Shown here: positions 48,103-56,842 of the stretch, in pieces
Numbering within the stretch: the first letter of the stretch is position 1
Layout: each line of letters opens with the position of its first letter
NCBI GenBank assembly: GCA_027028245.1
Contig: JALVJO010000057.1
Span: 27,759 to 91,758, forward strand
DNA length: 64,000 nt
Reading direction: 5' to 3'
Origin: Deltaproteobacteria bacterium
GTDB lineage: Bacteria; Desulfobacterota; Dissulfuribacteria; Dissulfuribacterales; QOAL01
Made by a program: the position numbers and the translations under genes
The notes under the pieces: model-generated
Databases searched by the model: none
Seen by the model: only the letters and a program-made list of their open reading frames with translations
Told to the model about the DNA's origin: nothing

Positions 48103-49671
48103 GTGAATAAAAAGATTCAACAATTCGCCCTTATTACCCTGACGGGTATTTTGGGTTATATGCTTTTTACCTTGCCCGGCCGCTTTTTGGAACAGTATGA
48201 GGCTGCACTGGCCCATGGGGAGGAATGGGGGTATCTGTACCTTGCGGCTGTCGGCCTCGGACTGTTTCTTCTTGCCGGTGCCCTGTTGTGGGCCTTCCTG
48301 GTAGTGTTCAGAAACACCCGAAAAAACGCCAAAAAGAGAAAAAAGGCCTCTGCTTCCCTGTCTTCCATTCCTGAAAAGAAAAAGCTTGCAGAAATCCAAA
48401 AAAATCTGAATGAAGCCAGGAAAATTTCCAGGCAGTCCGGGAAAGATGGAGATTTCAGCAGGGCCATCGAAGAGGGTTCCCGGCGCATCCAGTTCAGGCT
48501 GGAAAACACCGTCCTGGAAATTGCAGCAGTAGGAACCGTTTCGTCCGGTAAGTCTTCTGTCTTAAATGCCCTTGCCGGCCAGGATATTTTCGATACCAAT
48601 GTGGCCGGCGGGACAACAAGGACCTTGAGGCAGATAGATCTTCCCGGCGGGGACAGGGTAAAGCTGGTGGATACTCCGGGGCTTGCCGAGGCTGGAGGAA
48701 AAGAGACAGAGGAGCTTGCAAGGTTTGGTGCTGCATCTGCCGATATGGTGCTTTTCGTCATTGACGGTCCGCTGAAGGATTTCGAGTTCCGGTCAATCTC
48801 CTGGCTCAGGAAAATGGAAAAGAGGGTCATTGTCTGCCTTAACAAGCAGGATTGGTATTCAGAGGATGACCAGGAATTGCTGGTACAGAAACTGCGCGAA
48901 CAGCTCAAGGGTATAGTGGACTCCCAAGACATAGTGGTGGTGCAGGCTGCACAAGGCATGCGCAGGGTAACAAGAATAGGCCCGGACGGTTCGGAAACAG
49001 AAGAAATAGAGACCACCCCACCTGATATAACTGCCCTTGTGGAAAGGATGAACAAGGTTATCCAGGATGAGAGAAAGCAGATTGTTCTCTGCAGCCTCCT
49101 GCTTCAGTCCAGGATGCTGAAAAAGGACACCCTGGAACGCATACAAAGAATAATTATTTCAAGGGCCAGGAAAATTGTTGATTCTTATACCTGGAAGGCG
49201 GCCCTGGCTGCGGCCGCAAGTCCTGCGCCCATACTGGATGCCGCGGCCGGGCTTGGATTCAGTCTTAAGATGATACTGGAAATAGCAGCGGTCTTTGAAA
49301 GGAAAATAGAAATGGCCGATGCCAGGCAGCTGCTTAACCAGCTTTTGAAAAACCTTTATGCCTCTGTCGGCGCATCTGCCCTTGCACCGGCGGTAGCCCA
49401 GGTGGTGGCCTCCGGACTGAAGGCCGTACCTGCAGCAGGGACCATAAGCGGAGGCGCGCTGCAGGGTGTTGTCCAGGCTGTTGTCACCAGGTGGATCGGT
49501 ACGGTTATGATAGATTATTTCAGGGCCAGGAAAGACGAAGAAAGGGCCGCCGATCTCCAGGCTTCTGCCATGGAAGAATGGAAAAGGATAACTTCACCCA
49601 GCCAGCTTGCTTCCCTTGCTATGGAAGGTCTCAAGAGGTTCAGGGCTGCTGAAAAAGGTCCATCTTCATAA
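48103..49671 (+). CDS. Membrane-anchored GTPase with C-terminal DUF697-like domain (paralogue A)
   Basis: Two N-terminal TM helices. G1 GTVSSGKSSVLNALAG, G3 DTPGL, G4 NKQD. Ala/Gly-rich hydrophobic C-terminal domain of YcjF/DUF697 type. The GTG start is uncertain. Confidence 0.75.
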   Translation: MNKKIQQFALITLTGILGYMLFTLPGRFLEQYEAALAHGEEWGYLYLAAVGLGLFLLAGALLWAFLVVFRNTRKNAKKRKKASASLSSIPEKKKLAEIQKNLNEARKISRQSGKDGDFSRAIEEGSRRIQFRLENTVLEIAAVGTVSSGKSSVLNALAGQDIFDTNVAGGTTRTLRQIDLPGGDRVKLVDTPGLAEAGGKETEELARFGAASADMVLFVIDGPLKDFEFRSISWLRKMEKRVIVCLNKQDWYSEDDQELLVQKLREQLKGIVDSQDIVVVQAAQGMRRVTRIGPDGSETEEIETTPPDITALVERMNKVIQDERKQIVLCSLLLQSRMLKKDTLERIQRIIISRARKIVDSYTWKAALAAAASPAPILDAAAGLGFSLKMILEIAAVFERKIEMADARQLLNQLLKNLYASVGASALAPAVAQVVASGLKAVPAAGTISGGALQGVVQAVVTRWIGTVMIDYFRARKDEERAADLQASAMEEWKRITSPSQLASLAMEGLKRFRAAEKGPSS

Positions 49672-51068
49672 TGTCCATGACAAATCAAAAAAGACAAACA
49701 GGCGGTGATGACCTCTATAAACAGGCCCTTGATTCTCTGTACAAGACACTAAGTGATCTGGACAGGGCAAGAAGTCGGGAGAGGCAGTCCCTTTCCCGGG
49801 AAATGGATCAAATACGGGGCCTTATAGACAAGCTTGAAACTGGCAGGATAGACATCGTGCTCCTGGGAGAGATATCCACAGGAAAGTCTGCCCTGATAAA
49901 TGCCCTGGCAGGAAAAAAACTGGCTGAGGTGGGTGTTCAGGGCGGGGTGACAAAAAAGGCCCTGCGTGTATCCTGGTCTACTCATACTTACAAGCTCCCC
50001 GGCCTGGGCCGTTCTGTTATAGAGCTTGTTGACACCCCTGGTCTGAACGAGGTGGGCGGCCGGCACAGGGCAGAGCTTGCCTGCACACAGGCAGCAGCTG
50101 CAGACCTGGTGCTCTTTGTAACCGATTCCGACCTGAACCACCTTGAGCTCAGCGTGTTTCAGCGGCTTATCGATGTTCATAAGCCGGTGATACTTGTTTT
50201 GAACAAGTCGGACCTTTACACCAGCAGGCAGCTTGCAGACCTCAAGAATGTGCTTGCTGAACGGGTCCGGGGAATGATTCCCGAAGAAAACATAGTCGTG
50301 ACATCTGCCGATCCCATGCCCCGGAAATATGTAATGGAGATGCCTGACGGCACCTCCAGGGAGGAAGTCAGGAAGCCTCCGCCCCGGGTGGATGAGCTCA
50401 GGCTTCGCATACTTGAGATACTTGAAAGGGAAGGAAAGGCCCTTATTGCCCTGAACTGTGCCCTTTTTGCAGAAGAAACCAGCCAGCGGCTTCGATCCCT
50501 TAAAATGGAGATGAGGGCAGAAGAGGCCAGGCGGGTCATCCTGCACTTTTGTGTGATAAAGGGGGCTGCAGTTGCCTTTAATCCCGTGCCCGTTGCCGAT
50601 ATCGCCGGCGGATTTGCAAGTGATGCAGCCATGGTGGCAGCCTTGGGGCGCATATACGGGGAAGACATAAGCCTTTCCAGTGCCGGCGGTCTGGCAGTTG
50701 GAATAGCAAAGAGTGCTGGCTGGATGGCCCTGGCAGAATGGGCAACCCATGCTGCATCACACTTTGTCAAGGCCCTTACTTTAGGGGCGGGTACCGTGCT
50801 GACTGCCCTTCCCCAGGGCATGGCAGCCGCCTATGGTTCGTACCTGGTTGGCGAGGCAGCAAGGTATTACTTTGAGCATGACTGCGGCTGGGCAGGCAGC
50901 AGCCCGAGGAAGGTTATCAGGCGAATTGCCTCGGACATGGACAGCCAGTCTGTTCTGGCAGAGATACAAAGGGAGCTCTTGAAAAGGCTTGAAGTCCGCT
51001 CAAACCTCCCGGATGTCAAGGCATTGGGAGAAGGTATCGTCAGGCAGGTCAAGAAGGTTTTGGGCTGA
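49671..51068 (+). CDS. GTPase with C-terminal DUF697-like domain (paralogue B)
   Basis: G1 GEISTGKSALINALAG, G3 DTPGLNE, G4 NKSD. Hydrophobic Ala/Gly-rich C-terminal domain. The ATG overlaps the upstream stop (TAATG). Confidence 0.8.
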   Translation: MSMTNQKRQTGGDDLYKQALDSLYKTLSDLDRARSRERQSLSREMDQIRGLIDKLETGRIDIVLLGEISTGKSALINALAGKKLAEVGVQGGVTKKALRVSWSTHTYKLPGLGRSVIELVDTPGLNEVGGRHRAELACTQAAAADLVLFVTDSDLNHLELSVFQRLIDVHKPVILVLNKSDLYTSRQLADLKNVLAERVRGMIPEENIVVTSADPMPRKYVMEMPDGTSREEVRKPPPRVDELRLRILEILEREGKALIALNCALFAEETSQRLRSLKMEMRAEEARRVILHFCVIKGAAVAFNPVPVADIAGGFASDAAMVAALGRIYGEDISLSSAGGLAVGIAKSAGWMALAEWATHAASHFVKALTLGAGTVLTALPQGMAAAYGSYLVGEAARYYFEHDCGWAGSSPRKVIRRIASDMDSQSVLAEIQRELLKRLEVRSNLPDVKALGEGIVRQVKKVLG

Positions 51069-51095
51069 GGTCAGCCGGCACGGTTGGAACAAAAA

Positions 51096-51120
51096 AAGAC
51101 CTGCTGTTTGTGCAGGTCTT
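51096..51120. terminator. Bidirectional intrinsic terminator
   Basis: AAGACCTGC-tgtttgt-GCAGGTCTT, flanked by an A run upstream and a T run downstream. It lies between the convergent GTPase B and cytochrome c3 genes. Confidence 0.8.
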
Positions 51121-51146
51121 TTCAAAAGAGCCAAGGGAGCCCCGGG

Positions 51147-51512
51147 TTATTTCTTGTGACACTGGTTACACTTGGTGGGGCCGCCCTTTTCCTTGTGGCA
51201 TCCCTTGCAGTTTGTGTGGAACGCATTCATGGTCTTCTGCAGTTTCTTGGGCATCTCTGCATTTTGTTTGTTATGGCACTTTTCACAAGTCTGAATCTTC
51301 ATGCCTTCCTTGTACTCGGAATGGCCCGGGCCGTGGTGGCACTCACCGCACTTGAATTTTGCCTGGTGCTTGTGATGGTGAAAGGTGACATCGCCCTTTT
51401 TGGCCTTGAGAACTATCTGTTCCGGACCGGTGTCTGCAGCAACAGCCACGCCGCCAACTACCAGTGCGAAAACGAAGGCGATCACCATTGAAAAGATACT
51501 TTTCCTGCTCAT
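51147..51512 (-). CDS. Tetraheme cytochrome c3
   Basis: 121 aa with a signal peptide. Four heme motifs CGECH, CEKCH, CKGCH, CNQCH with the VTFHHHKH bis-His pattern. C-terminal CHKK. Confidence 0.92.
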   Translation of the reverse strand: MSRKSIFSMVIAFVFALVVGGVAVAADTGPEQIVLKAKKGDVTFHHHKHQAKFKCGECHHGPGHSEYKEGMKIQTCEKCHNKQNAEMPKKLQKTMNAFHTNCKGCHKEKGGPTKCNQCHKK

Positions 51513-51666
51513 AAAAAACTCCTCCTTTCTCTATTTATGGACAATGAATAATAATTCACTTTGTCTTAATAGCTGAGCCCCCTGTTTTTGTCAACCAAAT
51601 AATTGAAACCCTTGTGTGCCGGCCCCTCTGTAGGCCCCTTCCTCAACCTTGCTTGCTGTTCTAAAC

Positions 51667-51682
51667 CGCAGGATCCGTGCCA
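51667..51682 (-). promoter_or_regulatory. Possible sigma-54 (-24/-12) promoter upstream of cytochrome c3
   Basis: The minus strand reads TGGCACGGATCCTGCG: perfect TGGCACG at -24, correct GG-N10-GC spacing, weaker -12 (CTGCG). About 155 nt upstream of the ATG. A single-site match could be chance. Confidence 0.3.
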
Positions 51683-51858
51683 TAATTTGAGCTACTTGAG
51701 CACAGCCAACCGTGCCCTGTCGGGCCTTTTGCTCTTGCTTGGCGGCAGTTTTTGACAAGAGGAGAATTTGTTCTGTAGTTAAAAACATACACATTTTATT
51801 GAAGGGGGCTTTTGGGCACGGATCCATTTGGAAGCCAAAAATCTTTGTGGCTTCAAAT

Positions 51859-52656
51859 TTATGGATGGGAACGTTTTTCCATGACTATAAGCGTGCGATA
51901 TGCCAGGATGCGGGCAAATGGGGCAGCCATCCTTTCCAGAGACATGACGGCCGGGGCCAGAAAACCCGGGCAAAAGGAGGGGTGTTCAAAGCCTCCGCTC
52001 ATGGGATACAACAGGAAATCAGACACCTGTCTTTTAATTACAGGAAAGTCAGGCAGGTGTTTTTCAAGCTTTTTTGCCTTTTTATAGAAAAGAATGGTGG
52101 CTAAAGCCATGTTTCCCTGGAAGGGGTCCTTTTTACTGGCTTTTCTGGTCTTGAAGGGGTCCTGGGAAAAATCCACGTCCTCCCTGTGAATATATGTGTA
52201 AACCGGCCGGGACCAGGGAGAGATAAAGGGTTCGAGGAGGATAAGCCGGCCCCCCTTCTTCAGGGCCCTTCGGGCCTCTTCAAGGAAAGCAACGGGAGCA
52301 TCCAGGTGATGGAGGACATCTGCGGCTATAACGGCGCCAAGGGAGCCCTCCCTGAAAGGCAGTTCATGGGCATCCAGGCTTAGATCCAGCCAGCTGCAAA
52401 ATATGTAGTCAGAAGCAATAATGCCTGGAAGGTATTCTTTTAGATTTCCGCTGCCTGCTCCGATTTCAAGGATGGCGCCGGTGGCAGGAGCATGCTGCAG
52501 CATTTGTCTGTACCAGCGCTGATATACGGCCCTTAAGACAGGTTTTTCCCGCCAGACCTTTCTGTGTTGTTCAAGCTTTTGACAAGGCATGGGCTTTTTG
52601 GAATCTTGTGGCCGTGCAGTGTTTAGATACATCCCGGATGCATTTAGTGAATGCAT
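51859..52656 (-). CDS. Class I SAM-dependent methyltransferase
   Basis: 265 aa. Motif I ILEIGAGSGNL and motif post-II LKKGGRLILLEP. The start may be a downstream ATG (52632). Confidence 0.75.
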   Translation of the reverse strand: MHSLNASGMYLNTARPQDSKKPMPCQKLEQHRKVWREKPVLRAVYQRWYRQMLQHAPATGAILEIGAGSGNLKEYLPGIIASDYIFCSWLDLSLDAHELPFREGSLGAVIAADVLHHLDAPVAFLEEARRALKKGGRLILLEPFISPWSRPVYTYIHREDVDFSQDPFKTRKASKKDPFQGNMALATILFYKKAKKLEKHLPDFPVIKRQVSDFLLYPMSGGFEHPSFCPGFLAPAVMSLERMAAPFARILAYRTLIVMEKRSHP

Positions 52657-52922
52657 TCAAACTGAAACATCCCGCTTTCAAGACCAAATATTAAATGCGG
52701 TAATATGGGGGCAAGGCCCCCTGGGGAAGTATGGCATTTAACAAGATATATTTCCAGTGTCTTTGTCCTGTTGTCTGCTGCAATGTCTCTGTGTGAAGGA
52801 TTATCCAGGATTATGCAGCTCGTAAGTTTGCCGAAGGTGCAAGGAGACGTACCATGGTACTTCAAGTGCCCGATCCCGCGGCATCGCGGGACAAATTCGG
52901 TGAAATTGCGAGCCCCTTGTGG

Positions 52923-53043
52923 CTTCAAATGCCGAACATTTTTGCTTTTGGAACCTGTCACCATGTAGGTGAATATTGTCTGTCATTATATTAACAATAA
53001 TCTGTTGAAATTATAAAAGAAATCATTAGTTCGGCATTTGAAG
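52923..53043. repeat. 121-bp element bounded by perfect 15-bp inverted repeats (MITE-like or long-range operator pair)
   Basis: CTTCAAATGCCGAAC (52923..52937) and its exact reverse complement GTTCGGCATTTGAAG (53029..53043) flank an AT-rich core. A third related copy, ACTTCAAGTGCCCGA, is at 52859..52873. Confidence 0.6.
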
Positions 53044-53221
53044 TGCATAATTTGGGATTATCATTCAGGGAATTGGTCCATTCTGCTATAATGAACCGTA
53101 AGGTACCTGCTTATAGAGGTCTTCGGCACCAGCCTGGGGGAGGATGGATATAATGAGTTTTAAGCTTATCATTGCACTTTTTGCCGGAGAATCCGGATCA
53201 TTTTATCCGGTTTGCTGAAAC

Positions 53222-55024
53222 ATGGAAAAATCCCTGGGTTCTCGAAAACAGAGACAGGAGTTTGTGGTCAGCGAGGTAGTCGTTCCTCTCCTGATCTCTG
53301 TTGTTATAGGAGTGGCTGCCGGATTTGGAGGGGTGCTTTTTCATTTTCTTCTGGGCTGGGGCAGCCGCATCTTGTGGACCACTCCAGAGGAGCTGGCTGA
53401 TGTGCCGGTCTGGCTCAGGCTGCTTATTCCGGCTGGAGCTGGGCTCTTTTCCGGCGTGGTGGTTGCCAAGTGGGCCCCTGAGATCCGCGGGCCGGGAGTG
53501 CCACAGGTGATGAAGGCCCTGGCCCTTGAGGGAGGACGAATAAGGCACAGGGTAACTGTTTTGAAGACCCTTGTTACCTCAACGCTGATATCGGCCGGGG
53601 CCTCGGTGGGAAGGGAAGGACCCGTAGTCCAGATAGGCGCCTCCATAGGTTCTTCCATATCCCAGCTTTTTTCCCTGGGTGCCGACAAGCGCCGGCTTGC
53701 AGTGGCATGCGGAGCAGCCGGAGGCATGGCTGCCACCTTCCAGGCGCCCATAGCAGGGACCATGTTTGCCGTTGAGATCCTCCTTTTTGACCTGGAAGTG
53801 TCTTCCATGAGCAGCATAGTTGTCTCGGCTGTAACCGGGACCGTTGTGGCAAGGCAGATGCTGGGTCAGAGGGCCACCATTCATCCGCCCAGCTTCGCAC
53901 TGGTGAGTCACTGGGAGCTTGTGTTCTATCTTGGCCTCGGGATAGCGGCAGGCCTGGCAGGCCTGCTCCTGATCTGGAGCCTTTTCGGCCTGCCCAGGCT
54001 CTGGAAAAGGGTCCCCGGGCCCCAATGGATAAAACCCGCACTAGGAGGCCTGATTATAGGCCTCATCGGGCTTTGGCTGCCCCAGGTCATGGGGGTGGGC
54101 TACGGGGAAATCCTAAAGGCCTTGGACGGCAGGGTGGTTTTGGCCTCTGCCCTGATTATGTTTGCGGCAAAGATAGTTGCCACAGGTATATGTATAAGTT
54201 CCGGAATGAGCGGAGGGATATTTGCGCCGTCTCTTTTCATAGGCGCTATGCTGGGTACTGCAGTGGGCGAGGTGGCCCTTCACTGCTGCCCGATTCAGGG
54301 AGTGAATCCTGCTTATTATGCACTTGTTGGCATGGGGGCAGTGGTGAGCGGAACCACACTTGCCCCAATGACGGCGGTCCTTACCATCTTTGAACTTACA
54401 TATACATACCAGGTGATTCTTCCGTTGATGGTGGCCTGCATCCCGAGTCTCATAATCGTAAGACTATTTCATGGTTATTCTGTATACGAGACCAAGCTAC
54501 TATCAGAAGGCGTGGACATCGTGAAGGGTCACGAAATAAATCGCCTGCGGGACATGAAGGTATCGGATTACCAGTCACCCCTGGAACAGGTGATACGAAC
54601 CACCACGCCCTTTTGGGAAATAGTGGACTTGATGGAAAAGAGCAGTTTTCCGCACTTTGTGGTCCTTGATGAAAATGATCGCCTGGCCGGTGTCCTTACC
54701 ATCAGGGATATAAGAAGTTTCCTGATTCACAAGGAGGAATGCCCTCAGGATCTGAAGGCCGAAGGGCTGATGAAGAGGGATGTAGCCACCATTGGAGAGG
54801 ACGACAGCCTGGAAAAGGCCTTCAGCATATTTGCAGCCAGTGGTTTTTCCTTTCTGCCTGTGGTTTCCAAAAAAGATCCCGGCAGGGTGGTGGGCATACT
54901 TAAAAAAAGCGACTTCCTCAATGCATATCATGAAAACGTGGTCAAGGAGCGCATCTTTTCCAACCTTAACCTCTTCTGCATGATTCAGCCGGAAAAGGCC
55001 CAGAAAGCGTCCTTAAAAAAATGA
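53222..55024 (+). CDS. ClC-family chloride channel/transporter with C-terminal CBS pair
   Basis: 600 aa. ClC motifs RGPGVPQV, GASVGREGPVVQIGA and GGIFAPSLFIGA. Two CBS domains fill the last ~150 aa. Confidence 0.9.
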   Translation: MEKSLGSRKQRQEFVVSEVVVPLLISVVIGVAAGFGGVLFHFLLGWGSRILWTTPEELADVPVWLRLLIPAGAGLFSGVVVAKWAPEIRGPGVPQVMKALALEGGRIRHRVTVLKTLVTSTLISAGASVGREGPVVQIGASIGSSISQLFSLGADKRRLAVACGAAGGMAATFQAPIAGTMFAVEILLFDLEVSSMSSIVVSAVTGTVVARQMLGQRATIHPPSFALVSHWELVFYLGLGIAAGLAGLLLIWSLFGLPRLWKRVPGPQWIKPALGGLIIGLIGLWLPQVMGVGYGEILKALDGRVVLASALIMFAAKIVATGICISSGMSGGIFAPSLFIGAMLGTAVGEVALHCCPIQGVNPAYYALVGMGAVVSGTTLAPMTAVLTIFELTYTYQVILPLMVACIPSLIIVRLFHGYSVYETKLLSEGVDIVKGHEINRLRDMKVSDYQSPLEQVIRTTTPFWEIVDLMEKSSFPHFVVLDENDRLAGVLTIRDIRSFLIHKEECPQDLKAEGLMKRDVATIGEDDSLEKAFSIFAASGFSFLPVVSKKDPGRVVGILKKSDFLNAYHENVVKERIFSNLNLFCMIQPEKAQKASLKK

Positions 55025-55166
55025 ATGTCAGCTTTCAGCTGTGGTCCTCCCTGGTCCCATGTTTTTGAAAATTCTGTCAATGGTCCCGGAATTTCAGAGC
55101 AAAAGGATTAGACGCCGTCAATTCTATCTGATAAAATTTTTTCATATGACCACAAGGAGATGAGCC

Positions 55167-56045
55167 ATGAAAGAACTAAAGAATTACCAGGGTGACGAAG
55201 GATTTCTGTTTGAAATTATAAATGCTGTTCCTTCGGGAATCTTCGTGACTGATCTCGACAACAACATCCTTATCATTAACAGGGCTGGGGCCGAGCTCGT
55301 GGGTAGAAGTCCCGGCGACTGCTTCGACAGGAAGTGCTACGAGGTCTTCAATACCCCTATGTGCCAGACCGACCAATGTACCTGCAGGGTGGCAACCAGC
55401 ACCAACTCGGTCAATCAGGGGCAGACTGCTCTGAAGGTGGGAGACAGGGACATCCCCATAGAATTTGCCAGCCGGCCGGTCAGGAATCACAAGGGTGAAA
55501 TAATCGGCTGCGTGGAGCATTTTATTGATATTTCTGAAAGGCTTGAACAGGAAAGGACTATCCTGAAACAGCAGGAAGAGATGCTCAAGAAGCGGGATGA
55601 AGATATCCGGCACCTGCAGGAAGAGATCCTGGAGCTTTCCACACCGGTAATAGAGGTGTGGGAAGGGGTCCTGGCACTGCCGCTGGTGGGCACGGTGGAC
55701 AGCCACAGGGCCCAGTCCGCCATGGAGCGGCTCCTTGTTACCATTGAGCAGACCCGCTCGCCCTTCGTAATAATAGACATAACAGGTGTGCCGAATGTGG
55801 ATACTGCAGTGGCAAACCATCTTCTCCAGACCGTTGATGCCGTTCGCCTCATGGGCGGGGAGGCCATACTTACAGGTATTTCCACCAGGATAGCCTTGAC
55901 CATGGCACATCTCGGCGTGGATCTGGGCACCATAAATGTGAAAAGCCGCATGGCAGACGGCCTACACTTTGCCATACAGAAGCTCATGGAGATGCACAGA
56001 CAGCAGCTTGCCAGCACCCGCTTCCTGAATAACCAAGGGGAATAG
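55167..56045 (+). CDS. rsbR: RsbR-like stressosome sensor protein (N-terminal Cys-rich PAS domain + C-terminal STAS)
   Basis: The STAS domain LSTPVIEVWEGVLALPLVGTVDSHRAQ...IDITGVPNVDTAVANHLLQ...LTGISTRIALTM retains Thr residues at positions equivalent to the phospho-sites of B. subtilis RsbRA (VDT, ALT). The N-terminal ~125 aa are PAS-like. Confidence 0.8.
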   Translation: MKELKNYQGDEGFLFEIINAVPSGIFVTDLDNNILIINRAGAELVGRSPGDCFDRKCYEVFNTPMCQTDQCTCRVATSTNSVNQGQTALKVGDRDIPIEFASRPVRNHKGEIIGCVEHFIDISERLEQERTILKQQEEMLKKRDEDIRHLQEEILELSTPVIEVWEGVLALPLVGTVDSHRAQSAMERLLVTIEQTRSPFVIIDITGVPNVDTAVANHLLQTVDAVRLMGGEAILTGISTRIALTMAHLGVDLGTINVKSRMADGLHFAIQKLMEMHRQQLASTRFLNNQGE

Positions 56046-56054
56046 AGGCCGTTT

Positions 56055-56420
56055 ATGGTCCCCTTTTCCATATTTTCCCTGGGAAATGTCCTGCTTGTTT
56101 CCCTGCAGGAAGAAATAGACGATTCCAGCGTGATCGCCCTTTCCAAGGCTCTCTCGGAAAAGGTCAAGAGGGGAAAGATCAATGGAGTAGTGATAGATCT
56201 CAGCAACGTGGAGGTAATAGATACATTTCTGGCCGAACATATATGCGGACTGGCTTCAGTGCTGGACCTGTTGAATACCAGGACGGTAATTTCCGGTCTT
56301 GGTGCCTCGGCAGTGGTGGCCCTTAAGAATTTCAACATTTCCTTTGATGAAAGTTTGTCCTTTGCCCTGGATTCACAGCAGGCACTTGAAAAAATCGAAA
56401 GCAGGCTCGCCTTACAGTGA
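56055..56420 (+). CDS. rsbS: RsbS-like single-STAS stressosome scaffold protein
   Basis: 121 aa. LGNVLLVSLQEEIDDSS...INGVVIDLSNVEVIDTF, with Thr in place of the phosphorylatable Ser of B. subtilis RsbS (MIDSF). Confidence 0.8.
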   Translation: MVPFSIFSLGNVLLVSLQEEIDDSSVIALSKALSEKVKRGKINGVVIDLSNVEVIDTFLAEHICGLASVLDLLNTRTVISGLGASAVVALKNFNISFDESLSFALDSQQALEKIESRLALQ

Positions 56421-56842
56421 CTGCACCAGAGAAGCCCCAGATAATTGAGAAAAGATGTGCTGTCGTCTCTAAAGAAAAAGATATCCCAAGTGCCAGGGCA
56501 CTGCTGAGGCAGATAATAGGTAGGACAGGGATCATTGACGAGGTTATTGAAGCCCAGCTTCTTACCATAATCGATGAGCTCGCCAAAAATATATTGAGGC
56601 ACGGCGGAGAAGGCAAGATTTGTGTCAAGGTCGTGCGCTCATCAGACCGCACAGGGTTTGGTATAAGTGCTGAGGACAGGGGCCGGGGAATTGCAGATCT
56701 CGATCTGGCCCTTGCTCCTGGCTATTCCGAGGACAGGGGAATGGGGATGGGTCTTAATCTATTGAAGGCGCTTTCTGACGATATGACAGTGGCAAATCTC
56801 CTTTCCGGCGGGGCCTTTATCGAGGTATGGAAATGGATCTGA
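56417..56842 (+). CDS. rsbT: RsbT-like serine/threonine kinase (GHKL, HATPase_c_2 type)
   Basis: 141 aa. N box ELAKNILRHG, G1 EDRGRGI, G2 GMGMGLN. The GTG start overlaps the rsbS stop (GTGA). Confidence 0.8.
   Translation: MTAPEKPQIIEKRCAVVSKEKDIPSARALLRQIIGRTGIIDEVIEAQLLTIIDELAKNILRHGGEGKICVKVVRSSDRTGFGISAEDRGRGIADLDLALAPGYSEDRGMGMGLNLLKALSDDMTVANLLSGGAFIEVWKWI

Noticed and set aside
48156-50821. Long minus-strand ORFs (299, 333 and 201 aa) opposite the two GTPase-DUF697 genes
   Set aside because: They are antisense shadows of genes with clear G1/G3/G4 motifs. The translations are Ser/Pro/Arg-rich with no domains.
52859-53043. Three copies of a CTTCAA(A/G)TGCC motif as a degenerate CRISPR array
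   Set aside because: Only about 15 nt are shared, one copy is inverted, the spacing is irregular (about 50 and about 92 bp), and no cas genes are present.
53085-53221. Fluoride riboswitch (crcB motif) in the leader of the ClC gene
   Set aside because: The leader lacks the conserved crcB-motif segments (GGCGAUG...AAC.GCC...GCUGAUGA..CCUAC). The ClC protein has canonical chloride-type motifs (GREGP, GxFxP) and a CBS pair rather than the ClC-F pattern.
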